From the NCBI GenBank assembly GCA_965207075.1, contig CBDBLO010000002.1, positions 1,952,001 through 2,016,000 on the forward strand: 64,000 nt of DNA, in the 5' to 3' direction. Of the stretch, positions 9,786 through 19,618 are shown piece after piece (within the stretch, counting starts at the first letter, position 1; every line of letters begins with the position of its first letter). The position numbers and the translations under genes are program-made. This DNA is from Nitrosopumilus sp. GTDB taxonomy: Archaea > Thermoproteota > Nitrososphaeria > Nitrososphaerales > Nitrosopumilaceae. The notes beneath the pieces are model-generated. The model was not told the DNA's origin. It worked only from the letters and a program-made list of their open reading frames with translations, and searched no databases.

Positions 9786-10586
9786 TCACTTTTGGTTATT
9801 GCCGCTGCCGCCGCCAAAACCCAGCATGTACCCGCGGAGCATCTGTATGCCCATCGCGGGATCCACCCCCTTCGGGCAGACCTGGCTGCAGGAGCCCGCA
9901 AAGTGGCACCGCCATATGCCGTGCGAGTCGTCTATTACCTTGAGCCTCGAGTCCTTGCCCCGGTCCCTGCTGTCGCCCACGTAGCGGTACGCTTGGGCTA
10001 AAGCCTGCGGCCCCAGAAACGAGGAGTCCGTCGCCATCGTGGGGCAGGCCGCGTTGCAAAGCCCGCACTTTATGCAGTTTGCAAACTGTATGTATTGCTC
10101 CAGCTCCTCCGGCGACTGCGGGTACTCCTTTAGCTCGCCGTCCGCGACATCGTCAAGCTCCGTGTCGTCCCTGTCCAGGTACGGCCTGACCTCGCGGTGA
10201 TTCTCAAACAGCGAGTCAAACCCGACTGCAAGGTCACGTATCACCGGAAAGTTCTGCAGCGGCTCCACCGTAACCACGGAGGAGTTCAGCTCGTCGATTT
10301 TAGTAAAGCAGGCAAGCCCGGGCCTGCCGTTTATCATCATGCCGCACGAGCCGCAGGTGGCCTGCCTGCACGAGTACCGGACTGCCACGGAGTGGTCCAG
10401 CCTCTTCTTGACCTCCAGTATGGCGTCCAGGACTGTGGTCCACTTTTCGTACGGGACCTCAAAGTCGTCGAACCCGACTGTGCTGCTGTCGTGCGCGGGG
10501 TTGCTGCGGGCTATGCGGAGCGTGATTGAGCGCTGCGTGCCCGGCCGCTGCGCGGAAGCCGGACCAGATGCTGCCTGCAATGCCAT
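9786..10586 (-). CDS. sdhB: Succinate dehydrogenase iron-sulfur subunit
   Basis: SCRQATCGSCGMMING...LAC; CIKCGLCNAACP; CHFAGSCSQVCPKG. Confidence 0.95.
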   Translation of the reverse strand: MALQAASGPASAQRPGTQRSITLRIARSNPAHDSSTVGFDDFEVPYEKWTTVLDAILEVKKRLDHSVAVRYSCRQATCGSCGMMINGRPGLACFTKIDELNSSVVTVEPLQNFPVIRDLAVGFDSLFENHREVRPYLDRDDTELDDVADGELKEYPQSPEELEQYIQFANCIKCGLCNAACPTMATDSSFLGPQALAQAYRYVGDSRDRGKDSRLKVIDDSHGIWRCHFAGSCSQVCPKGVDPAMGIQMLRGYMLGFGGGSGNNQK

Positions 10587-10588
10587 GA

Positions 10589-10957
10589 TCAGACCATCCC
10601 CATGTTGGTCATAATAATGGTTCTAGACCCGTACGCGATCAGTGCGAACATGGCAGCCACGCAGCCGTAAGATACTGCCTTCTCGTATCTGGGCCCCTGG
10701 CGCAGCTCCAGCAGTATGACGCGCAGCCCGTTGAACCCGTGTATTGACAGCAGCACCAGTATGATCTCAAGCATAAGCGCGTACGGCAAAAACCTATAGT
10801 TTGCAAGGACGGTCTCGTACTCCAGCGATTCGGCAAACCCTCCCGAGGTAAGCCTCATCAGCACGTGCACCGCGACCAGGGCGACTGCCGCGAGCGCCGT
10901 GCCATAATGGATCTTCATTATGGTCGATTCCCGGAGTATCGCAGACGCCATTGTCAC
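10589..10957 (-). CDS. sdhD: Succinate dehydrogenase small membrane anchor
   Basis: Three hydrophobic helices, HGFNGLRVILLE motif, position in the sdh operon. Confidence 0.85.
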   Translation of the reverse strand: MTMASAILRESTIMKIHYGTALAAVALVAVHVLMRLTSGGFAESLEYETVLANYRFLPYALMLEIILVLLSIHGFNGLRVILLELRQGPRYEKAVSYGCVAAMFALIAYGSRTIIMTNMGMV

Positions 10958-11478
10958 ACCCCGAACATTACGGCAAGGCCGTACATCATCGCTATCGCGG
11001 CAAGCACGATTGCCGTGTATATCCCCAACTTGTGCCTATAATTCTGGGACGCCGGCACGTACGGATAATCGGGGCGCGCCGCCCTGCCCACGCCGACCCC
11101 GCCGTGCCCGAGCATGACACGTATGCCGTTTACCGTATGGAACACGCACATCCCTATCACGATTGCAAGCAGGATGTGCCCCTCCGTAGTCTGCGTGATG
11201 GCCAAAAACTCGTCCCACCCCATCTTGCCCTGCAAGATGCTGCTCGTCTCGTAGATGTGCCCGATAAAGTACGCAAGCAGCCCGAGGCCCGTCAGGCGCA
11301 TCAGCCAGTACGCGACGCGCTCTATCCCGTACTTGCCGGGGTTTGCCATGCCCCCGATGCCGGCCCTGTTGCCGTCGGCCTTGGCGCCGCTGTCACTGCT
11401 GGCGCCGTCATAGCGGCCCTGGGAATCTGTCCCGGCCTCTACACCCGCATCCCCCTCCTCTTGGTCCACGGAAGCCAT
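10954..11478 (-). CDS. sdhC: Succinate dehydrogenase cytochrome b subunit
   Basis: MRLTGLGL...H and FHTVNGIRVML motifs. ATG overlaps the sdhA stop. Acidic N-terminal extension. Confidence 0.88.
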   Translation of the reverse strand: MASVDQEEGDAGVEAGTDSQGRYDGASSDSGAKADGNRAGIGGMANPGKYGIERVAYWLMRLTGLGLLAYFIGHIYETSSILQGKMGWDEFLAITQTTEGHILLAIVIGMCVFHTVNGIRVMLGHGGVGVGRAARPDYPYVPASQNYRHKLGIYTAIVLAAIAMMYGLAVMFGV

Positions 11479-13199
11479 TAGTACTTCCTCTCCACCGGCT
11501 TGTATTTGGTGATTGTGACCGGGTGCGTCTTCATTATGGGGCCCTGCGGGTCGTAATACGCGAGCGTGTGGTGCAAATAGTTCTCGTCGTCGCGCTTTGG
11601 ATAGTCGGTGCGGGCGTGAGCTCCCCGCGACTCCTTGCGGTTTATGGCGCCCACCAGCACGATCTCGGCCACCCTGAACATCGAGTCCAGTTCCATGACG
11701 TTCGTAAAGTTGGTATTGTACTCGGCCGCCTTGTCATCCACATGCTTCCATGATTCCTTGCGCAGGGCCCGCACGGTGCGCAGTCCCTCTGCAAGCTCGT
11801 CGCCGTTCCTGTACACGTACGCGTTGGAGTTCATGGCATCGGTCAGTTCCTGCCGTATTTCGTACGGGTTTGCGCCCCCGCCGCCCCGGAATATGCCGTC
11901 GTAGATGCGCTTCTCCTCCGCATTCACCACGTGGTGCGGCCACGGGGGCCTGGACGCGGAGGACTGCCGTTCCGCATACATGGCCGCCTGCTCGCCGGTT
12001 ATCTTACCCCATACGATACACTCGGACGTCGAATTTGCGCCCAAACGGTTTGAGCCGTGCACGCTGTTGCAGGCGGCCTCGCCTGCGGCCCACACGCCCT
12101 GTATCTCTGTCGCCCCATCAATGTTGGTGTGCAGCCCCCCCATCATGTAGTGGCACACGGGCCTGACGTCAAGCAGGTCCTTTGCCGGGTCTATCCCGGA
12201 GAACTTTATCGATATCTCGCGTATGCCCCCCAGCTTCTCCTTTATGCGCTCGTCCCCTATGTGGCGTAAATCAAGCTTCATGCAGTCCACGCCGGTCTCG
12301 TGCTTGAACCCGCGGCCCTCCCGGATCTCGGACATTATAGACCGCGACACTATATCGCGTGGGGCCAGCTCCATCTTTGAGGGCGCGTACCGCTTCATGA
12401 ACCGCTCGCCGGCGCTGTTCAGCAGGTATCCGCCCTCGCCGCGGGCCCCCTCGGTAATCAGGATGCCGGAGGGCATTATCCCGGTGGGGTGGAACTGGAC
12501 GAACTCCATGTCCTTGAGGGCCATGCCGGCCCTCAGCCCCATGTCAAGCCCGTCGGGGGTCGACGACAGCGCGTAGGTCGAAAAGCTGTACAGCCGGCCT
12601 GCCCCCCCGGTCGCGATGATTAGAGCCCTTGCCCTTATCGAGTAAAAGGCGCCCGTCTTCAGCTCTATGGCGGTAAGCCCCAGGAACTTGCGGCCGTCAT
12701 GAACTATGCAGGTGGCAAACCACTCGTTCAAATATGATATGTTCTCAAACTTTTGGCACGTGTCGTACAGGGTCTGCATCTCAAAGAACCCCACCTTGTC
12801 TGACGCGTACGTGGCGCGCGGAAAGCTGTACCCCCCGAAGTTGCGCTGGTCGATGCGGCCGTCCTTGCGCCGGGACCACGGCATGCCCCAGTGGTCGAGC
12901 TGGTGTACCTCGCGGGGCATCTCGACGCAGAGCCGCTCGGCCACGTCCTGGTCGGCCAAAAAGTCGCTTCCCTTTACAGTATCGTACACGTGCGACTCTA
13001 TCGTGTCGCCCTCGTCCTCGAACATCACCGCGGCGGTGCCGCCCTCGGCGGACACGGAGTGCGAGCGCATCACCTGCAGCTTGGAAACGACGGCTATCTT
13101 CAGGTTGGGGGCGGTCTTGGCCGCCGATATGGCAGCCCTGAGCCCCGCTAGACCGGAGCCGCATATAAGCAGGTCATACTCGTCTATGGTATCGACCAT
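11478..13199 (-). CDS. sdhA: Succinate dehydrogenase flavoprotein subunit
   Basis: GSGLAG, RSHSVSAEGG, QFHPTG, ITEGARGEGG, HYMMGG, HGSNRLGANS, ESRGAH. Confidence 0.96.
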   Translation of the reverse strand: MVDTIDEYDLLICGSGLAGLRAAISAAKTAPNLKIAVVSKLQVMRSHSVSAEGGTAAVMFEDEGDTIESHVYDTVKGSDFLADQDVAERLCVEMPREVHQLDHWGMPWSRRKDGRIDQRNFGGYSFPRATYASDKVGFFEMQTLYDTCQKFENISYLNEWFATCIVHDGRKFLGLTAIELKTGAFYSIRARALIIATGGAGRLYSFSTYALSSTPDGLDMGLRAGMALKDMEFVQFHPTGIMPSGILITEGARGEGGYLLNSAGERFMKRYAPSKMELAPRDIVSRSIMSEIREGRGFKHETGVDCMKLDLRHIGDERIKEKLGGIREISIKFSGIDPAKDLLDVRPVCHYMMGGLHTNIDGATEIQGVWAAGEAACNSVHGSNRLGANSTSECIVWGKITGEQAAMYAERQSSASRPPWPHHVVNAEEKRIYDGIFRGGGGANPYEIRQELTDAMNSNAYVYRNGDELAEGLRTVRALRKESWKHVDDKAAEYNTNFTNVMELDSMFRVAEIVLVGAINRKESRGAHARTDYPKRDDENYLHHTLAYYDPQGPIMKTHPVTITKYKPVERKY

Positions 13200-13287
13200 A
13201 ATCGTTCACGGACGCTCCGCACAGAGATATTAAAAATGTAATAACCGGCGCGGCAAGACTAAAATATATCGCTAGCGATATAACGTC

Positions 13288-13842
13288 ATGAGCTCGGCCT
13301 GGTTTGAGAGGGTGAAGAGCGCGATTCCGAGGGGCTTTTCGAGGTATTACATCATAAGCATACTGCAGGAGGGGCCCCACACGGGCAAGGAGATCATGGA
13401 CAGGGCGGCAGGCGAGAGCGGCGGGGAGTGGAAGCCCTCGCCGGGCCTGATATACCCGCTGCTCGGCAGGCTGCTTGACGAGGGGCTGATCGAGGAGTCC
13501 GAGGACAGCGGGGGCGGCAGGTACGCACTCACGCAGAAGGGGGCAGACACGGCAGAGGACATGAAGAGGATCAAGGACGGCATAGACAGGCAGATCGACG
13601 TGCTCTCCAGGCTGGGCAACGCCGGCAGGTTTGTCGCGGCAGACGTGATAGAGCGCATCGCCTCGATTGCGGCCATACTGGGCCAGAACGCGGCAAGGAT
13701 GACTGCAGAGGATGCCGAGCGGTACAGGCAGTTTCTGAGGGACGAGCTTGCCAGGATGGGGGAGCCTGCCGAGAGCGACGGAAGCCCGGAGGAGGATTCC
13801 AAGGACGAAGACGTGGACGAGACAAGCATCCCCGTAAAATAG
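13288..13842 (+). CDS. PadR-family transcriptional regulator
   Basis: PRG..RYYIISIL.EGP.TG.EI...WKPSPGLIYPLL.RL..EGLI...YALT.KG. Confidence 0.9.
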   Translation: MSSAWFERVKSAIPRGFSRYYIISILQEGPHTGKEIMDRAAGESGGEWKPSPGLIYPLLGRLLDEGLIEESEDSGGGRYALTQKGADTAEDMKRIKDGIDRQIDVLSRLGNAGRFVAADVIERIASIAAILGQNAARMTAEDAERYRQFLRDELARMGEPAESDGSPEEDSKDEDVDETSIPVK

Positions 13843-13852
13843 CGCGGGTGAC

Positions 13853-15102
13853 GGCGCTGTCCAACTTTTCACCGCCAAAGTCACGAAAAGCTTAAAGATC
13901 ATGACGCGCCCCGGTGGCAAAGCTTATTGATCATATTGTAATCGCCACGTCAATGGCTTCCAAAAGAAGCAGGAAGGACGACAAGAGAAGACAGGATGCC
14001 CATGTGCGGGCGTACAAGGCGGAACGGCGAAGGCAGAAGATCAAGGAGTGCCGCGACTACAAGACGTATGAGAGAAAGCGAAGGGGCGAGGGCAGGGTGA
14101 AAAGGATCAGGATCAAGCAGCTAGCAAAACTGATCCGCGACACCCTGCCAGACGCCACCGATACGAACGTTTCCAGGATCGTGTGCGTCGTAGACATGAC
14201 ATACCGCGGCCACTCGTACCGCAGACACGTCGAGTACCTGGATGAGCATTCAGGCTCCGTAAGCATGTACGGGCTAAAAAGAGTTCCCTCAAAATCCGGC
14301 CTCCACGGCTGGGCAGGAGAGCTTGCAGACGACATGGAGTTCGTGCTGGGGCTCCTCGCCGGACAGGCAGGGGACGACGCGCGCGGTACCCTGCTGGGCG
14401 ACTCGTCGGGGTTCTCCATAGTGAAATACGAGGACTGGGAGGACGCCAAGCGCGGGATCATATCCCGGCGCGAGTTCAACAAGCTCCACATACTGGTCGC
14501 GCCGCACGGCAGGATCGCGACGTGCGCGATAACCGCGGGGCGGCGGCACGACTCGCCGGTGTTCCGGGAGATGTACGGGCGCATACCGCAGGGAAGTGGC
14601 CGCACCATACTGGACGCCGCGTACCTGTGCAAGGCAAACTGCAAGGTGATCGCGCGCAGCGGGCGCAGTCCGGTCATATGCCCAAGGAGGAACTCCCGGG
14701 CAAGGGGGCTGCATCCGATGGGCCAGATGCTGAAGTGGTACGAGAGCGACCGTGACGGGTTTGACAGGGCATACCACCAGCGGAGCCTGGTAGAGACCGC
14801 GTTCTCCGTCATCAAGGAGAGGTTTGGCGCCGTCGCGCGCGCAAAGACGTTCCGCATGAGGCAGCTGCAGCTCGCGCTAAAGTGCGTCTGCTACAATCTC
14901 GTCGCCTGATTCTGCATCCGTCCGCAGGGGAGCAGTGCACCCCCCAGCGTACGCTGCAGACTGATGCGCCACACGCAATCAAAAACCGGAGACTTGCCGC
15001 CGGACATGCCACAATTGCGGCAGAAACGGACCCGCCCATCGCCCAAAGCCTGCTTAATTGTCCATAAAATTGGGGCGCGGCTTACAAGAGTTGGACAGCG
15101 CC
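13853..15102 (+). mobile_element. IS5-family (IS903-like ends) insertion sequence, 1250 bp
   Basis: TIR ggcgctgtccaact at 13853-13866 and agttggacagcgcc at 15089-15102. 9-bp TSD gcgggtgac at 13844-13852 and 15103-15111. Confidence 0.92.
13953..14909 (+). CDS. IS5-family DDE transposase
   Basis: DSSGFS, KLHI, HDSPVF, LDAAY, YHQRSLVETAFSVIKERFG. Confidence 0.9.
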   Translation: MASKRSRKDDKRRQDAHVRAYKAERRRQKIKECRDYKTYERKRRGEGRVKRIRIKQLAKLIRDTLPDATDTNVSRIVCVVDMTYRGHSYRRHVEYLDEHSGSVSMYGLKRVPSKSGLHGWAGELADDMEFVLGLLAGQAGDDARGTLLGDSSGFSIVKYEDWEDAKRGIISRREFNKLHILVAPHGRIATCAITAGRRHDSPVFREMYGRIPQGSGRTILDAAYLCKANCKVIARSGRSPVICPRRNSRARGLHPMGQMLKWYESDRDGFDRAYHQRSLVETAFSVIKERFGAVARAKTFRMRQLQLALKCVCYNLVA

Positions 15103-15147
15103 GCGGGTGACGTCAAGCATAAATAACAACCGGGACGCTCCTGCGCT

Positions 15148-16068
15148 GTGTCAGGTTCCGCCGACAAACCCGGAAAGAAGAAGAAGAGCATCCGCAGGAT
15201 GGTAAGGAGGGGCGGCTCGCCCCTGGTCATACCCGGCGTGTACGACGCGCTGGGCGCAAGGATAGCGGAGAACGCGGGGTTCGACGCCATGTTCCAGACC
15301 GGGTACGGCACGTCCGCGTCGCTTCTGGGCATGCCGGACTACGGGTTCGTCGGGGCCGCCGAAACGGTGGAGAACGCGAGGCGCATATGCGCGGCGACCA
15401 AATCTCCAGTAATAGTGGACTCGGACACCGGGTACGGCAACGCCCTGAGCGTCTGGAAGCTGGTGGGGGACCTGCAGGCTGCCGGCGCGTCGGGGATGTT
15501 CCTTGAGGACCAGAGGTGGCCCAAGCGGTGCGGCCACATGCAGGGCAAGGACGTCATATCGCAGGAAGAATATACAGAAAAGCTCGGGGCCGCGGTGGAC
15601 GCCAGGGGCGACTCTGACTTTGTCATAGTGGCGCGCACAGACGCCCGCGCGACGCTGGGGCTCGACGAGGCCATAGAGCGCGGCAGGCAGAACAAGAAGA
15701 CGGGTGCGGACGCCGTGTTCATAGAGGCCCCCAGGGATATAGGCGAGATGAAGAGGATAGGGCGCGAGATAAGGGCCCCCCTCGTTGCAAACATGATAGA
15801 GGGCGGCGTCACGCCCATAAGCCCGGCGCAAAAGCTGCACGGGATGGGGTTCAACATGGTACTGTACCCGCTGTCGGTGCTCTTTGCAAGCGCGTACGCG
15901 GCATCAAGGATACTTGCGGAGCTGCGGCAGACTGGCGCCACCAGAAAGTCGAAGAGGAGCGCGGTGAGCTTTGACCAGTTTAACGAGATCGTAAACCTCT
16001 CAAAGTTCAGGAGCATGGAGAGCAAATACGGCGGCGGTGGCAAAAGCAGTAACGACAAGGGTCACTGA
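15148..16068 (+). CDS. Isocitrate lyase/PEP mutase family protein (2-methylisocitrate lyase-like)
   Basis: PGVYDALGA, G.PDYG, DSDTGYG, EDQ.WPKRCGH, ARTDA, NMIEGG.TP. Confidence 0.9.
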   Translation: MSGSADKPGKKKKSIRRMVRRGGSPLVIPGVYDALGARIAENAGFDAMFQTGYGTSASLLGMPDYGFVGAAETVENARRICAATKSPVIVDSDTGYGNALSVWKLVGDLQAAGASGMFLEDQRWPKRCGHMQGKDVISQEEYTEKLGAAVDARGDSDFVIVARTDARATLGLDEAIERGRQNKKTGADAVFIEAPRDIGEMKRIGREIRAPLVANMIEGGVTPISPAQKLHGMGFNMVLYPLSVLFASAYAASRILAELRQTGATRKSKRSAVSFDQFNEIVNLSKFRSMESKYGGGGKSSNDKGH

Positions 16069-16154
16069 CCGCCCGCGATAGTAGCAATAGGCGCGGCATG
16101 CGCGCAGCCACGCCGCCAAAAATAGTATAAAAAATGCCAAAAAAGAGGGACTCG

Positions 16155-16439
16155 CTAGGAGTTTCTCTTTACTTCGATCTCGATCGTCGATACGTTTCGC
16201 GTTCGTCCGTCTTGAGACTTGAGGGACTCGGAACCTATGCGGATCTCTCCGATAGAGCAGCCAGCAATCTCGGTCTTTCTCAAGACGAGCTGGGCGACGT
16301 CTACGGCGTGCCCGATGCTGAGCCCCCGAGCCTTGATGTTCACTTTTGGCAGGTTTACCAGCTGAATCGCCGTGGCAGTCACGTACGTCATCAGTGGCTT
16401 CTTGCCTATGAATATGGTGTCCCTTGCTTCGGTAGACAT
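16155..16439 (-). CDS. albA: DNA/RNA-binding protein Alba
   Basis: IFIGKKPLM.YV...V.IKARG.SI..AVDVA...IGSE...RNVSTIEI. Confidence 0.92.
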   Translation of the reverse strand: MSTEARDTIFIGKKPLMTYVTATAIQLVNLPKVNIKARGLSIGHAVDVAQLVLRKTEIAGCSIGEIRIGSESLKSQDGRTRNVSTIEIEVKRNS

Positions 16440-16547
16440 TGCAGCTCGACAGGCTGTGTATTATTTATAGTTAAGATGCGGTGCCGGAAGAGCGCTACGA
16501 TGACAATAGTAGCGGTGGCAACCGTACTGCTCGAGCGCGCCCGTGCC

Positions 16548-18002
16548 TCAGGGAAGGTGTATGGTGCCAAAGCCGTACTCGCTACACGTCTGGTAGTGGG
16601 CGTGAATCTCTGCCTCCCACCCCCTGCCGCGGTCAAGCATGTCAAGCGATTCTCTCAGCTTGGGGATCTCGTCGCGGTGCCTGCGGTTTCTCTCCACGAG
16701 CCCGTCACGAAACTCGTCCTCCGGAAGCGAGTTGCTCTTTTTGCAGTTGCACGGCTGGCAGGCCAGCACCATGTTCCACGCGTTGTCGTCGTATATGTAC
16801 GTCCACGGGATCAGGTGGTCCACCTGTATGCAGCCGGGCTCGAGCCTGTCGCGGCAGTAAAAGCAGCAGTCCGTGAACGGTCTGAACATGTTGTGATACT
16901 CGGTCAGCGCCTTCCTCTTGGCGTCCATCATCTCGATCTTTGTCATGAGCCTCGGCAGGGTCGGGTTTATCGGCTCGAGGAACCTTGTCCACTCTACGAG
17001 AACGGCCTTTGAAAGCAGCGCGTAATACTTTTGGAAGAACTCAAACGCCTCGGGTTTCAGCGTGATGGCTTGCTCGTCGTCGTCATAGTCGTAAAACGAC
17101 CGCACCTCCACCGTCCGGTTTCCGACGGGGACCCTCTGAAAGCGTGGCACCACTATTGAGGTCTTGGATCTGGCGTGCCCGAACACGTTTTTCAGTACGA
17201 GCCTCCTGGCCCTGTCCTTGTCGTTTCTGTCAAGGAGCGAGTAGTCGCTGGGCGTGCTCTCCCCGAACACACCCCTGAGCTTTGTTATGGCGTGTGGCAC
17301 GTGCTTTGCGTCATAGTTCTGGCGCATGTGCAGCACGTACTCCTGGTGCCAGTAGTACCTGAGGAACTTGTCGGCCAGGTACTCGTATGGTATGCGCAGG
17401 ACTGACTGCCTTTCTTCCCCCTCTTCCTCCCGGCCCGCGCCGCGGTAGTCGCCCCGGCAGTACTCCAAGATGGCGCGTGCGAGTGCGAACTTGTACGTGT
17501 TGGCCTTTGAGCCGTGACTCAGTATGGACAGAAAGCTCTTGGCCAGTCCGGCGTACGACGTGGCCGGAGACGCCCTGGCGTACGACGCGGGGCGCAGCCC
17601 GCCCGGGTCGATGGCTGGCAGCCTCGAGGGATCCGCTAGGCGGAAGACCCCTAGGCGTCCGCCGGCCCTCCAGTCCGCGATGCACCCCCTGGCGCGTAGC
17701 GCCGAGATCTGCGCCATGACGGACTGGTAAAAGTCGACTGCCAGTATGCCGCCCCCGAGCACCATGTTGCGGTCAAGGTTCAAGAGATCGGCTACCTGCT
17801 CGATAACGCTGCCGGCGCCGTGCCACACGGCGTCATCTCTGTGGATGCGCTGCGTCAGGTCCCCCCTGCCGCACGTCCTGCCCCGCGCATCCTCCATTTT
17901 GGAGATGGTGCTGCCGGGCCCGCGCACGACCTGCGCGAGTGCCCACATGACCATCTTTCCGGAGGGCAGTACCGGGGGGCTGCCCGTAGCAGGGCCGTGC
18001 AT
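16548..18002 (-). CDS. HNH endonuclease with N-terminal winged-helix-like extension
   Basis: NTYKFALARAIL motif and C-terminal CFYC...QVDHLIPW......WNMVLACQPCNCKKSN.LP. Start codon uncertain. Confidence 0.85.
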   Translation of the reverse strand: MHGPATGSPPVLPSGKMVMWALAQVVRGPGSTISKMEDARGRTCGRGDLTQRIHRDDAVWHGAGSVIEQVADLLNLDRNMVLGGGILAVDFYQSVMAQISALRARGCIADWRAGGRLGVFRLADPSRLPAIDPGGLRPASYARASPATSYAGLAKSFLSILSHGSKANTYKFALARAILEYCRGDYRGAGREEEGEERQSVLRIPYEYLADKFLRYYWHQEYVLHMRQNYDAKHVPHAITKLRGVFGESTPSDYSLLDRNDKDRARRLVLKNVFGHARSKTSIVVPRFQRVPVGNRTVEVRSFYDYDDDEQAITLKPEAFEFFQKYYALLSKAVLVEWTRFLEPINPTLPRLMTKIEMMDAKRKALTEYHNMFRPFTDCCFYCRDRLEPGCIQVDHLIPWTYIYDDNAWNMVLACQPCNCKKSNSLPEDEFRDGLVERNRRHRDEIPKLRESLDMLDRGRGWEAEIHAHYQTCSEYGFGTIHLP

Positions 18003-18033
18003 GTCTAGTCACAACAGGACGGGCCGCAATATC

Positions 18034-18330
18034 TTAAGGATTACGATCTTGCGCGTTCCCGCCTGCCCCGGGCCCGTCCGCGCCGCCTGCAGGCGCCTCC
18101 GCTATGGCACCCCTCGAGCGGTTCTCCCTGTACGCTGCAAGGTGCTGCTCGTAGACGTCTTTGGGGTCCACGTCGGGGCCGCAGTACTGGGCATAGTACT
18201 CGCGCCTCGTCAGGGGCGAGCCGGCGCCGCTGTTGTCGGACCTGGCCGGATCCGAGTTTATCATGATGAACTCGTCGAGCCACTCCTCGTAGGACGACGT
18301 GATGCCGAGGTTTTCTTCCATTGGGGTCAC
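18034..18330 (-). CDS. Hypothetical protein
   Basis: ORF with host-like codon bias, co-oriented with its neighbours. Confidence 0.45.
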   Translation of the reverse strand: MTPMEENLGITSSYEEWLDEFIMINSDPARSDNSGAGSPLTRREYYAQYCGPDVDPKDVYEQHLAAYRENRSRGAIAEAPAGGADGPGAGGNAQDRNP

Positions 18331-18452
18331 CTGCTACTGTCGCCGCGCACTATGCCGCGACAAACGAGCCACGCGCCAGAACCACGCCCCCCACATGTAT
18401 AATCAGCCATCATAATTACCAGCCACCATCACAACAACGACGTAAATGGCAG

Positions 18453-19040
18453 TCACGCGCCCCTCTCCTTGAGTCGGCCGAGCAGCACACCGAGGTCCGG
18501 ATCGTCCTGCACGTCCCCGGCCCACAAGTCCGACACCCGCTCGACCACGTCCGGCGCTATATCGATACCAGTAGTGATTACGGCGTGGGCCGCGCTCTTC
18601 CGGACCTCCGAGCTGTCATCAAGCAGCGATTCGGCCAGCACCCTCCCCACTTCGGGACCACCCGCGTGCATGTGCCCCAGGGCTCCCACGGCGCACGACC
18701 TTACCATGGACCGCTTGTCGCGCGCGAGCTTTACCAGTTCCGGAATCGAATCGGTCTCATTCCTGTTTGCAAGTATCAGCGACGCAAAGCCGCGCACGTT
18801 CTTGCTTGCGGAGTCCAAGCCCTTTATCAGGTGCTCGTATATGCGGTTCTCGTTGAGTATCAGCGAGCTGAACGCCTCGCCCCTCACCCGGATGTCGTCG
18901 TCGTCGAGCCTTGCAATCATCTTTTCTATTATGTCGGGGCGATCCGTGGCGGCAAGCCCCTCAAGGACGCTTATCTTTTGCGCGCTGTCACCTGTCTCCA
19001 GGATCCGTGCAACGTCGTTCAAGTCAAGGCAGATTGGCAA
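18453..19040 (-). CDS. HEAT-repeat protein
   Basis: Repeated L.D....VR..A...L units. Confidence 0.85.
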   Translation of the reverse strand: MPICLDLNDVARILETGDSAQKISVLEGLAATDRPDIIEKMIARLDDDDIRVRGEAFSSLILNENRIYEHLIKGLDSASKNVRGFASLILANRNETDSIPELVKLARDKRSMVRSCAVGALGHMHAGGPEVGRVLAESLLDDSSEVRKSAAHAVITTGIDIAPDVVERVSDLWAGDVQDDPDLGVLLGRLKERGA

Positions 19041-19074
19041 CGCAGGTTAATAATGGTAACAGTCAGCGGTCCTG

Positions 19075-19128
19075 TTGTGAATTCATGAGCTGACTAGAGA
19101 CGGCCGACAACTCACGAATTTGCAACAG
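19075..19128. repeat. Palindromic 54-bp site A (inverted copy at 19970-20023)
   Basis: ttgtgaattcatgagctgac-tagagacggcc-gacaactcacgaatttgcaacag; 46/54 identical to the reverse complement of site B. Confidence 0.85.
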
Positions 19129-19154
19129 AAACCAGAAACTGAAAAGCCCAACGC

Positions 19155-19550
19155 TCAAGGCGTTTTGCCTACCAACGTCCAATCCAACCAAATCCAAGAA
19201 TTAATGCTGGCGCCGGCCGCAGCGATGGAGCCCAGCAACGCCAGAAAGATTACTCTACCGGTGAGCCCCTCCGCCCGGATCTTGACGCCCAGCATATCTA
19301 GGCGAAACGGCTCTTGCTTGCCGCCCTTGTTTTCCTTGACCTGTTCAAATTTCCGGTCCATCACGATCCTTGCGCATTCGAATATCTTTTCGGTGGGCAA
19401 TCCCGCCACACGGCCGATCAGACGAATCGCTCCGATGACGATTACGGCAAGCAACACGGCAGCACCAATCCAAATGACAATGTCCGCTACCACAAGGATC
19501 GCTGATTGCAGCATGACAACAACTTCGGCTAGCGTATCAGTCAGATTCAA
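19155..19550 (-). CDS. Hypothetical membrane protein (two hydrophobic segments)
   Basis: 131-aa ORF with N- and C-terminal TM-like stretches inside the repeat-flanked cassette. Start uncertain. Confidence 0.55.
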   Translation of the reverse strand: MNLTDTLAEVVVMLQSAILVVADIVIWIGAAVLLAVIVIGAIRLIGRVAGLPTEKIFECARIVMDRKFEQVKENKGGKQEPFRLDMLGVKIRAEGLTGRVIFLALLGSIAAAGASINSWIWLDWTLVGKTP

Positions 19551-19618
19551 CCCATGACCATGCGGGCTATGTTTATTTCAACGTAGCGTTCACCAGTATG
19601 GCAAGATCCACATTTGGC

